Source of the DNA: an uncultured Phycisphaerales bacterium
Lineage (GTDB): Bacteria > Planctomycetota > Phycisphaerae > Sedimentisphaerales > Anaerobacaceae
Length of the DNA: 64,000 nucleotides
Assembly (NCBI GenBank): GCA_963772725.1
Contig: CAVYYI010000002.1
Coordinates: 64,001 to 128,000, forward strand
Direction of reading: 5' to 3'
The notes below the pieces were generated by a model, which saw only the letters and a program-made list of their open reading frames with translations, ran no database searches and was not told where the DNA came from. Positions 1 to 11,148 of this stretch are shown piece by piece. Position 1 is the stretch's first letter; each line of letters opens with the position of its first letter. Made by a program: the position numbers and the translations under genes.

Positions 1-1418
1 TTTATTATTTCCAGTCGCAGAATTTTTTTAGTCGCGGATGAAACCTTTGTAAGTTCAGAAATTCGCACGGGACACAGCCAGATAATCTTTTTGCTGTCAG
101 CGATAATAAATGTTTTTCTCCGCAGATGGAGCTGTGTATGCTGTGCGGTAAGAAACTTGCCTATTTTTTTCGCCCGCATTTGGCCTAAAGGAATAAAAAT
201 GTCGCCGCGTGTGCGTAAACGCACCGTCAGTGGCAGACCGACTTTTTCCAAATCAAACCATTCCACGTACCGGCTCTTTGTAGCCTTGAATTTCTTAAAA
301 TCGCATTTGGAGGCATCCAGAACAGCCGCTGTGATATGATAGTCTCCAAACTCAGTCACGCCTGGTATATTTACGGGAACTTCGGATTGCGGCGTCTCAT
401 CTAAAAGCGTTGCCTTTTCGATAATCATTTTTCCATAATCATAATAAGCGATGAATCCGCCGGGCAATTTGTTTTTTTTGCCGGTCGTGTTTCGCCCCGA
501 TAATTCGAGAAGCCTTTCGTAATGCTCCTGCGTTAAATCTCTTTCACCGCTGCCGAGCGACGCGAGACTCCTTCGCAGCAATTCTATTTTCACCGCCGGA
601 TGCTGCGATGAAAATATTCGCAAATTCAGAATTACCCTGTTATCACCGCATTCGGCAATATCCCGCTGGAATTTATCGGTTGTGGCACAAATATCGCTGT
701 AAAACTTTTGCGATGCCTGTGAAAGAGCGGCCAGCAGTTCCACAATCGAACCATCGGAATGCTTCTGCATTTCAGGAATAATACGATGCCGAATATAATT
801 ACGCCGATAAACAATATCTGTATTAGTCCTGTCAGAACGCCATCGAATATTCCCGTCTTGAAGATATTTGACAATTTCGTCTCTTCTGACCGCAAGCAGC
901 GGGCGAACGAATTTGACCCCGCTTTGGAATCCTTTTGCCGGCCAGATACCACCAAGCCCGCGAAAACCCGTGCCGCGAATCAACCGCTGTATAATCGTTT
1001 CAGCGTTGTCATCCTTGTGATGTGCCGTAGCAATCACATCGCAACCGCTGGTTTTAGCGATATCAGTTAAAATTTCTATACGCAGTCTGCGGGCGGCCGT
1101 CTCAATTGAAAGTTTATTTTCCTTCGCGAAAGTTTTTACATCCGCGCGCCTCAAAATCGCCTGCACATTCAGCCTGCCCGCCTGGTCGATAACAAATCTT
1201 TCGTCACCGTCGCTTTCATCGCCCCGCAACTGATGATTGATATGTACGCATAAAAAATCCGCCTTTATCAGGCCGTCCATTTTCAGTTTATGGAGAACAT
1301 GCAGCAATGCTGTTGAATCCGCCCCGCCGGAGACTGCCAATACAACCTTGCCGGCAGAAACGAAAAGCCCCTGGGACTTAATAAAATGAGCAATTTTATT
1401 TTCAAATTCGTTTGGCAT
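1..1418 (-). CDS. tilS: tRNA(Ile)-lysidine synthetase, 3' end runs off the window
   Basis: Manual translation (absent from ORF track because there is no stop in the window): MPNEFENKIAHFI...VLAVSGGADSTALL...HINHQLRG...ETAARRLR...ATAHHKDDNAET...RGTG...VRPLL, with TilS-like C-terminal LTVRLRTRGDIFIPLG. Confidence 0.92.
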   Translation of the reverse strand, partial: MPNEFENKIAHFIKSQGLFVSAGKVVLAVSGGADSTALLHVLHKLKMDGLIKADFLCVHINHQLRGDESDGDERFVIDQAGRLNVQAILRRADVKTFAKENKLSIETAARRLRIEILTDIAKTSGCDVIATAHHKDDNAETIIQRLIRGTGFRGLGGIWPAKGFQSGVKFVRPLLAVRRDEIVKYLQDGNIRWRSDRTNTDIVYRRNYIRHRIIPEMQKHSDGSIVELLAALSQASQKFYSDICATTDKFQRDIAECGDNRVILNLRIFSSQHPAVKIELLRRSLASLGSGERDLTQEHYERLLELSGRNTTGKKNKLPGGFIAYYDYGKMIIEKATLLDETPQSEVPVNIPGVTEFGDYHITAAVLDASKCDFKKFKATKSRYVEWFDLEKVGLPLTVRLRTRGDIFIPLGQMRAKKIGKFLTAQHTQLHLRRKTFIIADSKKIIWLCPVRISELTKVSSATKKILRLEII

Positions 1419-1427
1419 TTAATATAT

Positions 1428-1461
1428 AAAGAAAACGGGCCTGACAATCCAGCCAGGCCCG
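1428..1461 (-). terminator. Rho-independent terminator after the lipoprotein gene
   Basis: Stem CGGGCCTG/CAGGCCCG followed by TTTTCTTT on the minus strand. Confidence 0.55.
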
Positions 1462-1499
1462 ACAATTACCACTCAACTTCATCTCGGCATTACAAAAAA

Positions 1500-2282
1500 C
1501 TATTTACCGAGTTTAAGGTCACTCTGCGTCAAATCCATAATCCGCTGTTCGGCGAACTGCCTGTCAACGGAATCCAGGTTCGGCTGCTGAACCGCCTGCT
1601 GGTAAAGCTCAAGAGCCTCGTTACGCCGTGCGAGATGCTGGTCAAGAATGAACGCCGCTTTAAACTTTGCCGGATTCTTGTTAGCCGGGTCCCACTGCCA
1701 CGTTCTCTGGTAATACAGAACCGCTATCGTCTGGTCGTTAAAATGTTCACAAATTCCCCCGATATGGAACGCTGCGTCCCCGATTTTATTGCTCGTCGGG
1801 AATTTTCCGATGAGCTGACAATACTTGTGCAAAGCAACCCTTAGCAGATTATCATCTATTACAACTACCAGTGCCTTGGCACGTTTTTCCGTTCTCAATG
1901 CGTCGTCATACATATAATCTGCTTCTGAAATCGAGCTGCTCGCCTTAAGTTCCGGGCCCGCTACCGCCGCTTCGATTATATAATTAAACTGAGGCATTGC
2001 ATCAAGGGCCTTCAACTCAGACCTCGCCCAGCCAAGCTTCATATTGTTGCCTGAATTGTTATAATAAGTTATCAGAGTTTCGAGACCCTGTCTGTACGCA
2101 TAACGATTGACGGCCATCTGCTCGATTATGTCCGTTTCGTTTCCTTTAATATCCGCCGCCGACACCGGAACAGCCTTAACCTTCGGCGGCATAATCTGCG
2201 ACGCTCCGCTATCAACCCGATAACAACCCGCCAGAACACTCACCAGCAACGCACTTACCGTAATTAAAACAACTCTTGCCAT
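1500..2282 (-). CDS. Lipoprotein with TPR-like repeats
   Basis: Lipobox LAGC after a hydrophobic signal; helical repeats (AAFHIGGICEHF..AVLYYQR, EALELYQQAV). Confidence 0.7.
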   Translation of the reverse strand: MARVVLITVSALLVSVLAGCYRVDSGASQIMPPKVKAVPVSAADIKGNETDIIEQMAVNRYAYRQGLETLITYYNNSGNNMKLGWARSELKALDAMPQFNYIIEAAVAGPELKASSSISEADYMYDDALRTEKRAKALVVVIDDNLLRVALHKYCQLIGKFPTSNKIGDAAFHIGGICEHFNDQTIAVLYYQRTWQWDPANKNPAKFKAAFILDQHLARRNEALELYQQAVQQPNLDSVDRQFAEQRIMDLTQSDLKLGK

Positions 2283-2493
2283 AAGGCCTCCTTTCCAGGC
2301 TTAAACCTGATTCTTCAACACAAATTTAAAATTTCCATTTCTAAATTAACATTATAACCGCTTAAAGTAAAATAGATTTTAACCCGCTCGTCAAGAACAA
2401 TTGCCCGAAAAATGTTTGTTACTGCACAACGTTGATGTTAAAATAGCCATGAATTGAGAAATTTTTACATTACTGGTTCGCGGAGCAGGAAAA

Positions 2494-3987
2494 ATGAACG
2501 ATTTCGCGCGTTTTGAACAGCTTATATCCAACGGATGTTGCTGCATATCCATCGTTACTTATGAGGAAAAATACGCATTGGAGATTGCCCGCCAGGCGGC
2601 GAGAAACCTCAAACGAAATATGTGGATATGGTCTGCCTCGGAGGGAGTAAGAGACGGCCTTGCCATGCTCGATGAAACACCGCCTATCGCGGATACCGAT
2701 AACGCCGAAAAGGGTCTGACCAATCTGGCTGGTTCAAAACCCGGTACTATCTGCGTTACACTCGATATCGCCGAACAGCTCCGAACCGGAAAAGCTATGC
2801 GGATTCTCCGCGAGAATATCGAACAATTTCAAAAAACCAGCCAAGTACTTGTGTTGATTGACTCCACCGATAAACTGCCCGACGTGGTAAAATCCTACGC
2901 CAGAACTTTTGAACTCTCGTTTCCAGACGAAAAAGAACTGGAAGAAATCATCCGCGCGACCGTCCTACGTATCCACCGGAAAAAACCCATCGAGGTCGGC
3001 CTCACGCGCACCGGCCTGGACGTGATTGTCCGCAACCTTCGAGGCCTTACTCGCCGACAGGCGGAACAAATTATCAGCGATACTGTAACAGACGAATATA
3101 AATTTGACGACAACGATATAAACGCCATAATCGCCGGCAAGCGCCGCGTGATTCAGCAGAACGGCCTGCTCGAATATATTCAGACGCCTCTCGACCTCCA
3201 CGAAATTGGCGGTATGAAAAATCTTAAAAGATGGCTCGAAATCCGCAGGGACATTTTCAGCTCCAAAGCCAAATCTTTCGGCATAGAGGCACCCCGCGGC
3301 GTCCTGATGCTCGGTGTCCAGGGCGCGGGCAAAAGCCTCTGTGCCAAGGCAATCGCAACGGCGTGGCATCAGCCTCTATTAAAAATGGACCCCGGCACAC
3401 TCTACGCAAGTTACATCGGCGAATCCGAGAGAAATCTTCGGCAGGCCCTTGCGCAGGTGGAGATGATGTCACCTGTCGTTCTGTGGATTGACGAGATTGA
3501 AAAGGCGTTCGCCTCGGCGGCAAGCCGAAGCGCAGATGGCGGTCTCTCACAGCGAATGTTCGGAACCCTCCTTACCTGGCTGCAGGAACACAAGGAACCC
3601 GTCTTTGTGGTCGCCACTGCCAACGATATTGAGGCCCTGCCTCCAGAACTGCTCCGCAAAGGCCGATTCGATGAGATTTTCTTTGTTGACCTGCCAAATA
3701 AGGAAACACGCAGCGAAATTTTCACTATCCATCTCCGCAAAAGACAGAGAGACCCCAAAAAGTTCGACCTGGCAGCCCTCGCGCAGGTCAGCGACGGTTA
3801 CAGCGGCTCCGAAATAGAGCAGGCCATTATTTCATCGCTCCACGAAGCCTATGCCAATAGTAAAGAAGTCGATACCGACACTATTATAACCGTGCTGAAA
3901 ACCTCCCCACCGCTGTCGGCCACAATGGCTGAAAAAGTCCAATCGCTGCTGGCATGGTCTAAAGGAAGATGCGTCCCCGCCGATTAA
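2494..3987 (+). CDS. AAA+ ATPase (Ycf46-like architecture)
   Basis: Walker A GVQGAGKS, Walker B WIDEIEK, SRH LPPELLRKGRFDEIFFVDLP. Confidence 0.9.
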   Translation: MNDFARFEQLISNGCCCISIVTYEEKYALEIARQAARNLKRNMWIWSASEGVRDGLAMLDETPPIADTDNAEKGLTNLAGSKPGTICVTLDIAEQLRTGKAMRILRENIEQFQKTSQVLVLIDSTDKLPDVVKSYARTFELSFPDEKELEEIIRATVLRIHRKKPIEVGLTRTGLDVIVRNLRGLTRRQAEQIISDTVTDEYKFDDNDINAIIAGKRRVIQQNGLLEYIQTPLDLHEIGGMKNLKRWLEIRRDIFSSKAKSFGIEAPRGVLMLGVQGAGKSLCAKAIATAWHQPLLKMDPGTLYASYIGESERNLRQALAQVEMMSPVVLWIDEIEKAFASAASRSADGGLSQRMFGTLLTWLQEHKEPVFVVATANDIEALPPELLRKGRFDEIFFVDLPNKETRSEIFTIHLRKRQRDPKKFDLAALAQVSDGYSGSEIEQAIISSLHEAYANSKEVDTDTIITVLKTSPPLSATMAEKVQSLLAWSKGRCVPAD

Positions 3988-3994
3988 CTCTCCC

Positions 3995-4186
3995 TTGGCA
4001 GACAAAAACGCCAATGCCAGTTACGGGAAATCAAAAGACAGTAAGCAAATCGTTGAAAGCAATGCCCCCAAAATCGGCAAAGCACCGGATAATGCCAAAG
4101 CGAGAAAAATTGTTTTTATAATGACCGATACGCAACGATGGGATATGGTGGACTGTTACGGCAATAAAGCATTGATTTTATCGTGA
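3995..4186 (+). pseudogene. Short remnant resembling a sulfatase N-terminus
   Basis: KIVFIMTDTQRWDMVDCYGN resembles the first sulfatase strand, then stops. Confidence 0.35.
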
Positions 4187-4204
4187 AACGGCAAAGCGGC
4201 AGCT

Positions 4205-5293
4205 CTATAAGAATTTTTCGCCCTGATGCTGCCTAATCAGTTCGAGAAGGTCTTTGAGTCTATGAGCCTGGTCGCGTGTGCAAACAAGGGTGGCATCGGG
4301 GGTATGGGCAACGACCATATCATTTAGACCTATAACCGCAATGAGGTGGCCTTTATCCTCGGTAACTATGATGCTGTTTTTGCAGTCAAGCAGTTCGCTT
4401 TTGCCGGCGACAACAATATTATTGTCTTTGTCGGAACTTATAAAATCCGCCAGCGCCGCGAAAGAACCCATATCGAGCCAGCGACAGTTGAGTTTTATGG
4501 CGTAAACATTTTCAGCTTTTTCCATAACCGCGAAATCAATACTGATTTTGGGCAGCCTCGGAAACCATTCCTGGAGCGTCGCCTGCTGGTTGGGACTATC
4601 CCATGCGAATTTTATTTTATTGAGCGGTTCAACTGCTTCAGGTAGAAATTTTTCGATATAAGCAAGAATGGTCTTTGCCTTCCAGACAAACAAACCGGAA
4701 TTCCAGAGATATTCGCCTGAATCGATATATTTTTGCGCCGTGGATACATCCGGTTTTTCCTTAAAGGCCTCAACGGAATAAATTTTATTTTTGCAGTTGG
4801 AACATTTTATGGCAGAACCACATTTTATATAACCAAGCTGTGTACTGGCGAAGGTCGGCATAATCCCAAAAGTCAGCAGGTAATCAGGATTTTTGTTCAC
4901 GAAGGTTGCGGCGTCTTTAAAGGCGGCCTGGAGCGCATCGGCTGGTTCTATAAGCTGGTCCGCCGTGACAATGGACATCGTGGCCTGCGGGTCATATTTT
5001 GAAATAACTGTTGCAGCCAGGCTGATAGCTCCAGCAGTATCACGCACAACGGGTTCGGCAATAATATTGTTCATAGGCAGTTCAGGCAGATTTTCACGGA
5101 CAAGACCGGCATAACCGGCATTTGTAAGAACAATAATATTTCGTATATCAAAAATTGGCAACAAGCGGTCAAAGCACTGACGCAGGAGAGTCTGACCGTC
5201 GAGGAGTTTGAGCATTTGTTTAGGGCGTTTGGTGCGGCTAAGCGGCCATAGACGCTTGCCTTCGCCCCCTGCCATTATTATCGCGTAATCCAT
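4205..5293 (-). CDS. manC: Mannose-1-phosphate guanylyltransferase
   Basis: AIIMAGGEGKRLWPLSR..PKQ, EP..RDTA, FKEKPD, WNSGLF, SIDFAVMEK, WLDMGS; start placed at MDYAII. Confidence 0.9.
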   Translation of the reverse strand: MDYAIIMAGGEGKRLWPLSRTKRPKQMLKLLDGQTLLRQCFDRLLPIFDIRNIIVLTNAGYAGLVRENLPELPMNNIIAEPVVRDTAGAISLAATVISKYDPQATMSIVTADQLIEPADALQAAFKDAATFVNKNPDYLLTFGIMPTFASTQLGYIKCGSAIKCSNCKNKIYSVEAFKEKPDVSTAQKYIDSGEYLWNSGLFVWKAKTILAYIEKFLPEAVEPLNKIKFAWDSPNQQATLQEWFPRLPKISIDFAVMEKAENVYAIKLNCRWLDMGSFAALADFISSDKDNNIVVAGKSELLDCKNSIIVTEDKGHLIAVIGLNDMVVAHTPDATLVCTRDQAHRLKDLLELIRQHQGEKFL

Positions 5294-5575
5294 AGGTAAA
5301 TCCTTTTTCGCTGAAATCAATCAGTTTTAATCTATCACACAAGGAAATTATTGTCAACTTTCTTCAATAGTAGAATTTATTCCGCGATTTATCCGCCGAT
5401 GTCTTTTTTCGAGCTTCCTTATTAAATTATGCATCAGAAAGACAGCGCATTTTATCATAAGAGTTTTGGTTTGTCCCGTATTAAATTTGACAACAACAAC
5501 GCTGCTTTCGCTCATAACAACAGCATCAAACGCGGCATAAAGAATCTGGAACTCCGCTCAACAACAAATAACCGT

Positions 5576-6061
5576 TTATTGGCCGTTTTTGTTTTCGATT
5601 CGCCGTCGCGCAAAGAAATCTTGGAGTTGCTCCCTGCATTGTGTCATTAGCACACCAGATGTAACTTCCAGCCTATGGTTCAGACGTTCATCCTGCACAA
5701 TATTATACAAACTTTTGCACGCCCCCGTCTTGGGGTCATCGCAGCCGTAAACTAATCTATCCATCCTGCTCAATACCAGCGCCCCCGCACACATCGGGCA
5801 AGGCTCAAGCGTAACATAAATCGTACAGCCGTTCAGTCGCCAGCTTTCCAATGCCGCTGCGGCCTGCGTCAAAGCGATTATCTCCGCGTGCGCTGTCGGG
5901 TCATTGAGCTGCTCTCGCTGATTATACGCCCTGCCTATAATCTGCCCATTATGAACAATTACCGCCCCTATCGGCACATCCCCGTTCTCCCGGGCAATCT
6001 CAGCCGCCTCTATCGCCGCCCGCATATAGCGTTCATCAAGTCCTTTATCTATTTGTTCCAT
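5576..6061 (-). CDS. tadA: tRNA adenosine(34) deaminase
   Basis: VPIGAV, DPTAHAE, TLEPCPMCAGA motifs. Confidence 0.92.
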   Translation of the reverse strand: MEQIDKGLDERYMRAAIEAAEIARENGDVPIGAVIVHNGQIIGRAYNQREQLNDPTAHAEIIALTQAAAALESWRLNGCTIYVTLEPCPMCAGALVLSRMDRLVYGCDDPKTGACKSLYNIVQDERLNHRLEVTSGVLMTQCREQLQDFFARRRIENKNGQ

Positions 6062-6067
6062 ACTATT

Positions 6068-8139
6068 TTATTTTTTCCCTGTCAGCTCATCAGCCAGCTC
6101 ACCAGCGTCATATACCTTCCGCAAAGCCTCAACTATCGCTTGAGAATTTACAGAAACCGCCCGCGCAATAACATCTGTGTAAATAAAGTCAAGCACAAGC
6201 GATTGAATATTGCCGTCAAAAATTATGCCGACAAACTCGCCATTGCGGTTTACAACCGGGCTGCCCGAATTACCGCCGATTATATCTGCGGTAGAAACAA
6301 AATTAAGCGGTGTATTCAAATTGAGCTTGTCTTTACAGTCGAGCCAGCGTTGAGGAAGATTAAACGGCGGTTTGTATTGATGGCTGGCCGCCCGCTCGTA
6401 CAAGCCCGCAATAGCGGTTTGAAATGGAATCGACTGACCGTTTTCCTCATAGCCTTTAACCGTACCCAACGCCAAACGCAACGTGAATGTCGCGTCAGGA
6501 TACAAACCTGTTTTTTCCACCGCGAACCTGGCACAGGTAATCTTAGCGTGCGCCTGCCGCTTAATCTCATCCTGCGTTTCAACAATTTTTCGCACGGCAC
6601 GCGTCTGGGGATCGATTAGTCTGGCCAGTTCTATCATGGGGTCATTTGCCGCTTTTACCTCGGCTGCGGTACCAGCATAAAGTTTCTTGCGTAATGCCAC
6701 GTCTTTTAACTTCGTTCCCGAAACCAGTTCGGCGACACGCTCTTGAGGCGACTTACCAGCCAGAACCTTCTGTACCAGCTCGTTGGAATACCCAATTTGC
6801 TCAACCAGCCATGTCAAAGAATCGGCCAGCTTTATCTGCTCAAAATCATTATAAATCGGCTCTTCCGAAAAAAGTGCAAATTCGAGCGATTCGAGATTCG
6901 AATCACGGTATTCACGGAGACGCTGCCCGCTGGGTTTGGGCTTTTCTTCCACCGCACGCAGAATAGTCCTGGCAATATCGAAAAGCGTACTGTTGAAACC
7001 ATGGGCGTCTTCAAGCAATCGGTATTCTTTCGCGTTGCGGCCCATAACCTGCTGAGCCTCCGCGATACGGTCGAATGACGACAATAACTCTTTTGTATTG
7101 GGGTCTTTTTCCATTTCAGCACGCAATTTTTGTTCGGCTGTCTGCTTTTGTTTGATAAGCACAGGGTCGAGCAGGCCCGCAAACATTCCATTACGCGCCT
7201 TGCGGCTGTTTTGAACGCCAAACAGCATTTCCTTGGCGCGACGGGCGTTTTCGTCGTTTCTTATACCGTAAGCCAGCAGCGTTACTTCAAGATTATACAG
7301 CCTCTGCAAAGTATAAGGGAAATACTGGTCTCGCATATACTCCAGTTCTGTCACCGTTAATTGCCTGCTGGTATGACCTGGATTTCCGGAAACAAAAACC
7401 AGTTCCCCATCTTTGACACCGCCGACACTCCATCTGAGATAATCACCGACCTTGGCCGGCTCATTGTTTTCATAAGCCCTGAACAGGCTGATATCAAGGT
7501 CATAGCGAGGATATTCGAAATTGTCCGGGTCTCCCCCGAAAAAAGCGATTTGCTGTTCGGCGCAAACACGAGACGAACATCTGTGTATTTCTTATAGCAG
7601 TATAAATGATATTGACCGCCCTCGTACAATGTTACCACATCGCTGCGCAATCCGGTTTTTGCAAGTGATTCCTTTTCGATTTCCGCCATTACAGCACGGC
7701 GGGCTATAAATGCATCCTCTGCGTTCATATCGGCTTTCACCGCCGCGTTGACCCTGGCCGTTACATCCTCAATACTTATCAGAACATTCAGTTCCAAATC
7801 AAGGCATCGCTTCTCCTGGCCTCGATTGCGAGCGTGAAAACCGTCTCGATAGTAATCATGCTGGGCGTCGCTGAACTTCTGCAACGCGTCCGCTCCCACA
7901 TGGTGGTTGGTGATAATCAGGCCGTCCGCGGATACAAACGAACCGGAGCCGCCGTTGTTGAATCGCACAGAAGATTTTTGAATATGCTCCAGCCACGTAT
8001 TCGTCGGCTCAAATCCGTATCTATCTTTAAGCAATTGACGCGGCGGGTCGTTGTAAAGCCACATCCCCTCATCAGCGTTAACGATATTACAAATTATGAT
8101 AATTAGTCCTGTTATCAGTTTGGTAAAATTTTGTCTCAT
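6068..8139 (-). CDS. S46-family dipeptidyl peptidase split by a 1-nt deletion near 7558 (error or pseudogene)
   Basis: Signal then ADEGMW, TNHH, DVRLVFAP; the other frame resumes EQQIAFFGGDPDNFEYPRY; C-terminal DIIGGNSGSPV and FDGN. Confidence 0.88.
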
Positions 8140-8548
8140 ATTTTTCGCCTCTTTATTTACCTTAAGATAAACTTATGCTTTCTTTCCCAATTCACCCACT
8201 TGTCCGTTCAGTTACACCTGCTTTCCAATGCCGCCGCCTGTTCGATAGCTAATTGCACTAAATATCCATCACCGCTGGAATTTATCATTTATCAACTTAA
8301 ACAATTTATTCGCCATTTTGGTGTCCAGAGTTTTTAAGATTTTGTATCGTTCAATAGCTGAATCTCTGTCACCAAGCATAACACAAATCGCGCCAAAATT
8401 AAAGTGTGTTTCAACCAAATCCGGCTTTATTTTTAAAGCCTGCCTATAAGCTTCTTTCGCGTCTTCGTAACGACCGAGTTTTCCATATATACTGCCGAGA
8501 TTATTATACGACGAAAAGTCGTCCGGCTTGAGTTTTATAGCCTGTTTA

Positions 8549-9671
8549 TACTGCTTACGATTGAATTTTCCTGTTTTTATGCAGCTTGAATGTGAAAGTT
8601 TTCTGTCAGTAATGCTCTCAGTTCCGGCAAATATTTCTTTCTCTTCCGGAAAAAGCTCTCACATGCTCGCTTGAATTCACCAAACGTTTCATAGTAGCGA
8701 TTGTTCAGCACTTTTTTCTTAAAAAACTTCCAGTACCGTTCAATCAGATTCAGATTCGGCGAGTATGACGGCAAAAAGATCAATTTGATTTTCGTCCCCT
8801 CGGTATACTCTTTTAACAAACGTGAACGATAATATCGAGCATTGTCAACAATGATGTAAATCCTTTTGGCCTCCGGATGTTTTGCTTCGATCTTAGAGAA
8901 CAAATCAATGGTCGAATTCGCATTGATCGTGTCATAAAACCCTGTCGTTGGCTCCAGTGTTTCGATGTTAATCGCACCATTGATATTCAATCGCTGGCGG
9001 CCACAGTTGGCTTTGAGTTCTTTTTCCTTTCCCGTCTTAATCCAGCCGTAAGAAGGAATGCTGTTGTGCTGCGGGTGGGTGGCATCGGCGAAATAAATTG
9101 GGTCGTTTTGACTTTTGCTTGCCTTGATCTGTTCATATTCCTCGAGAAATGCCTGTTGCTTGATGGGGTCTTGTTTACCGGGAACATGTGTCGGCTTCTT
9201 GTAGGAAAATCCAAGACGATGCAGCAAATCGGTGACTCCGCTGACGGAGTAATGGACCACATACTGCTTGTCAATGTGAGCGATAACCGATTTGGCATCG
9301 GGGAAAATATGATCTTCGAGATATGCCTCAAGTTCGCTCATTTGATGTTCATCGAGTTTCGGTTCTGCGCCGGGATAGTTGTCATCCAGCAATGCCTGGA
9401 AACCGTCTTGCCGATACCGCTCGAAATAGCCCCGTGATGTCTTCTCATCGAAAAGAAGTATCTCGGCCACCTGAGCCGCCGACCATCCCTTTGCTAAAGC
9501 AATGACCGCTTTGACCCGGTCGGCCTGACGCTTATCACGCAACGAACGATGCAATGCCTCCAGTTCAGCTATTTTTTCTTTTGACAACTTATAATCCTTC
9601 ATATACGCTGTTTATCGGACAGAAGGTGCTTTTTGATTGAAAAATACGGAATTTTTCAATCAAGAGTAGTA
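8549..9671 (-). mobile_element. IS630-family insertion sequence
   Basis: TA duplication (8547-8548, 9672-9673); imperfect terminal IRs TACTGCTTACGATTGAA / TACTACTCTTGATTGAA. Confidence 0.9.
8577..9602 (-). CDS. IS630 transposase
   Basis: HTH, LGFSYKKP, DNARYY, LPSYSPNLNLIERYW. Confidence 0.93.
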   Translation of the reverse strand: MKDYKLSKEKIAELEALHRSLRDKRQADRVKAVIALAKGWSAAQVAEILLFDEKTSRGYFERYRQDGFQALLDDNYPGAEPKLDEHQMSELEAYLEDHIFPDAKSVIAHIDKQYVVHYSVSGVTDLLHRLGFSYKKPTHVPGKQDPIKQQAFLEEYEQIKASKSQNDPIYFADATHPQHNSIPSYGWIKTGKEKELKANCGRQRLNINGAINIETLEPTTGFYDTINANSTIDLFSKIEAKHPEAKRIYIIVDNARYYRSRLLKEYTEGTKIKLIFLPSYSPNLNLIERYWKFFKKKVLNNRYYETFGEFKRACESFFRKRKKYLPELRALLTENFHIQAA

Positions 9672-11148
9672 TAAAAGCATCCATCGCTTCCTTATGATGT
9701 CCGAGCTTGTTATAGGCAATGCCGAGATTATTGCATGCCATCCACGAATCCGGATTCTTGGCAAGTGTGTCACGCCAAAGAGATTCCGTATCCTTGTAGA
9801 TAAAACATTGACGATATGTCAGCGTACCTAATGTAATCAGAATCGCCACGGCAATCATGGCCGCTGCCAGTTTGCCCTGTTTATTGAGTCTAATCGCCGC
9901 ACGATAACAGACCCCTGCAAAGACAGATATTATCCCGATGTCGGCAAAATATTGATAATGGTCGGCAACATACGTATAAAGAAAAGTATAAAGCGAGATA
10001 AATCCCAGCACAGGTAACAGTGTGACCGCAAAAAAAACAACGCCGGCAATTGCGCCTTTGCTGATTTTCTTTCTCCAATACCATAAAGCTAACGCTCCGG
10101 CAAAACACAAAGCAGGCCATAGATATTGTGCAGCCGCTGCAGAATCAATCTTCCACTGAGGATAACTGAAAGTCAGTTCGGCAGGCCAAAAAAGTTTGCC
10201 TACATAAAAACACAAGGCATGGCCAGCAATTAAACATCGCTCAGCAAGACTAAAATCAAGCCCGACAGACTTCGTCCCCTGGTGATGATTTTCCCACCAT
10301 ATCGCCAGAAGTCCCGACGCCAGGCCAAGTAAAAGATAAGGTATAACCTGCAGCCATCGTTTCCAATTGACCGGTATGTTTTTCAGCCACAATACCAGAA
10401 CAAGCGCAACAGGCAATGTGCAGGCCGTACTTTTGGCCGCAAGAGCAAGGACATAAAACAACACAGACAAAATATAAAAATGCCGACAACTTCGCAAATT
10501 ATGCGAACGTTCCGCAAAATTGACCCACGAAATAAGCGACAGCAATGCTAAAAAAACCATCAGCACATTTTTGCGCTCAGTTATCCACGCCACAGATTCT
10601 ACATTCACAGGGTGCAGGGCGAAAATAGCCGCCGCAAACCAAGCTCCGGGTATCATTAATCGCCGCAATAAAAACCACAAAAGCAATGCGTTAGCCGCGT
10701 GAAATATTATATTTGTAACGTGATAGCCTGTCGGATTAAGCTTCCACAGCCCGTATTCCGCACGAAAGCTCGTGTAGGTCAAAGGAAAATACTGCGATGG
10801 AGAATCAGTGCTAAACCATATCCGGCAAAGCCCGTCCGGTGCATGCAAAAGTTCATTTTCAGTAACATAGCGGTTGTCATCCCAGATGAACCCCGCACGC
10901 ATCACAGGCATATAAGATAAAAAGCAGGCAGCTACGATAACCACTGCTCCCGCTAACAGAAATCTGCTGTTCCCAGACGCTTTTATACTCATTCTTACAT
11001 CTATTTATATTAAAGCATTATGATTGTAAAATCCTTTTTTGCACAGTACGGCTGGGTGGACGATTATCGAACTATTGTATCCACTTATCCAGTTACTCTC
11101 AACCAGTGTCCGTCATCTGTTTAGCACCTCAGTTTTTGAATGTACTGG

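Larger units (their letters stand above)
8269..10992 (-). pseudogene. Multi-TM TPR protein (TMTC/GT-C glycosyltransferase-like) interrupted by IS630
   Basis: FIWDD, YFPLT, HPVNVESVAWITERK, ADHYQY; removing the IS and one TA restores EAMDAF-KQAIKLKPD...NNLGSIYGKLGRYEDAKEAYRQAL to a stop at 8269. Confidence 0.85.

Noticed and set aside
91..1844. Short ORF-track calls overlapping tilS and the lipoprotein
   Set aside because: Shadow or alternate-frame ORFs of clearly recognisable genes
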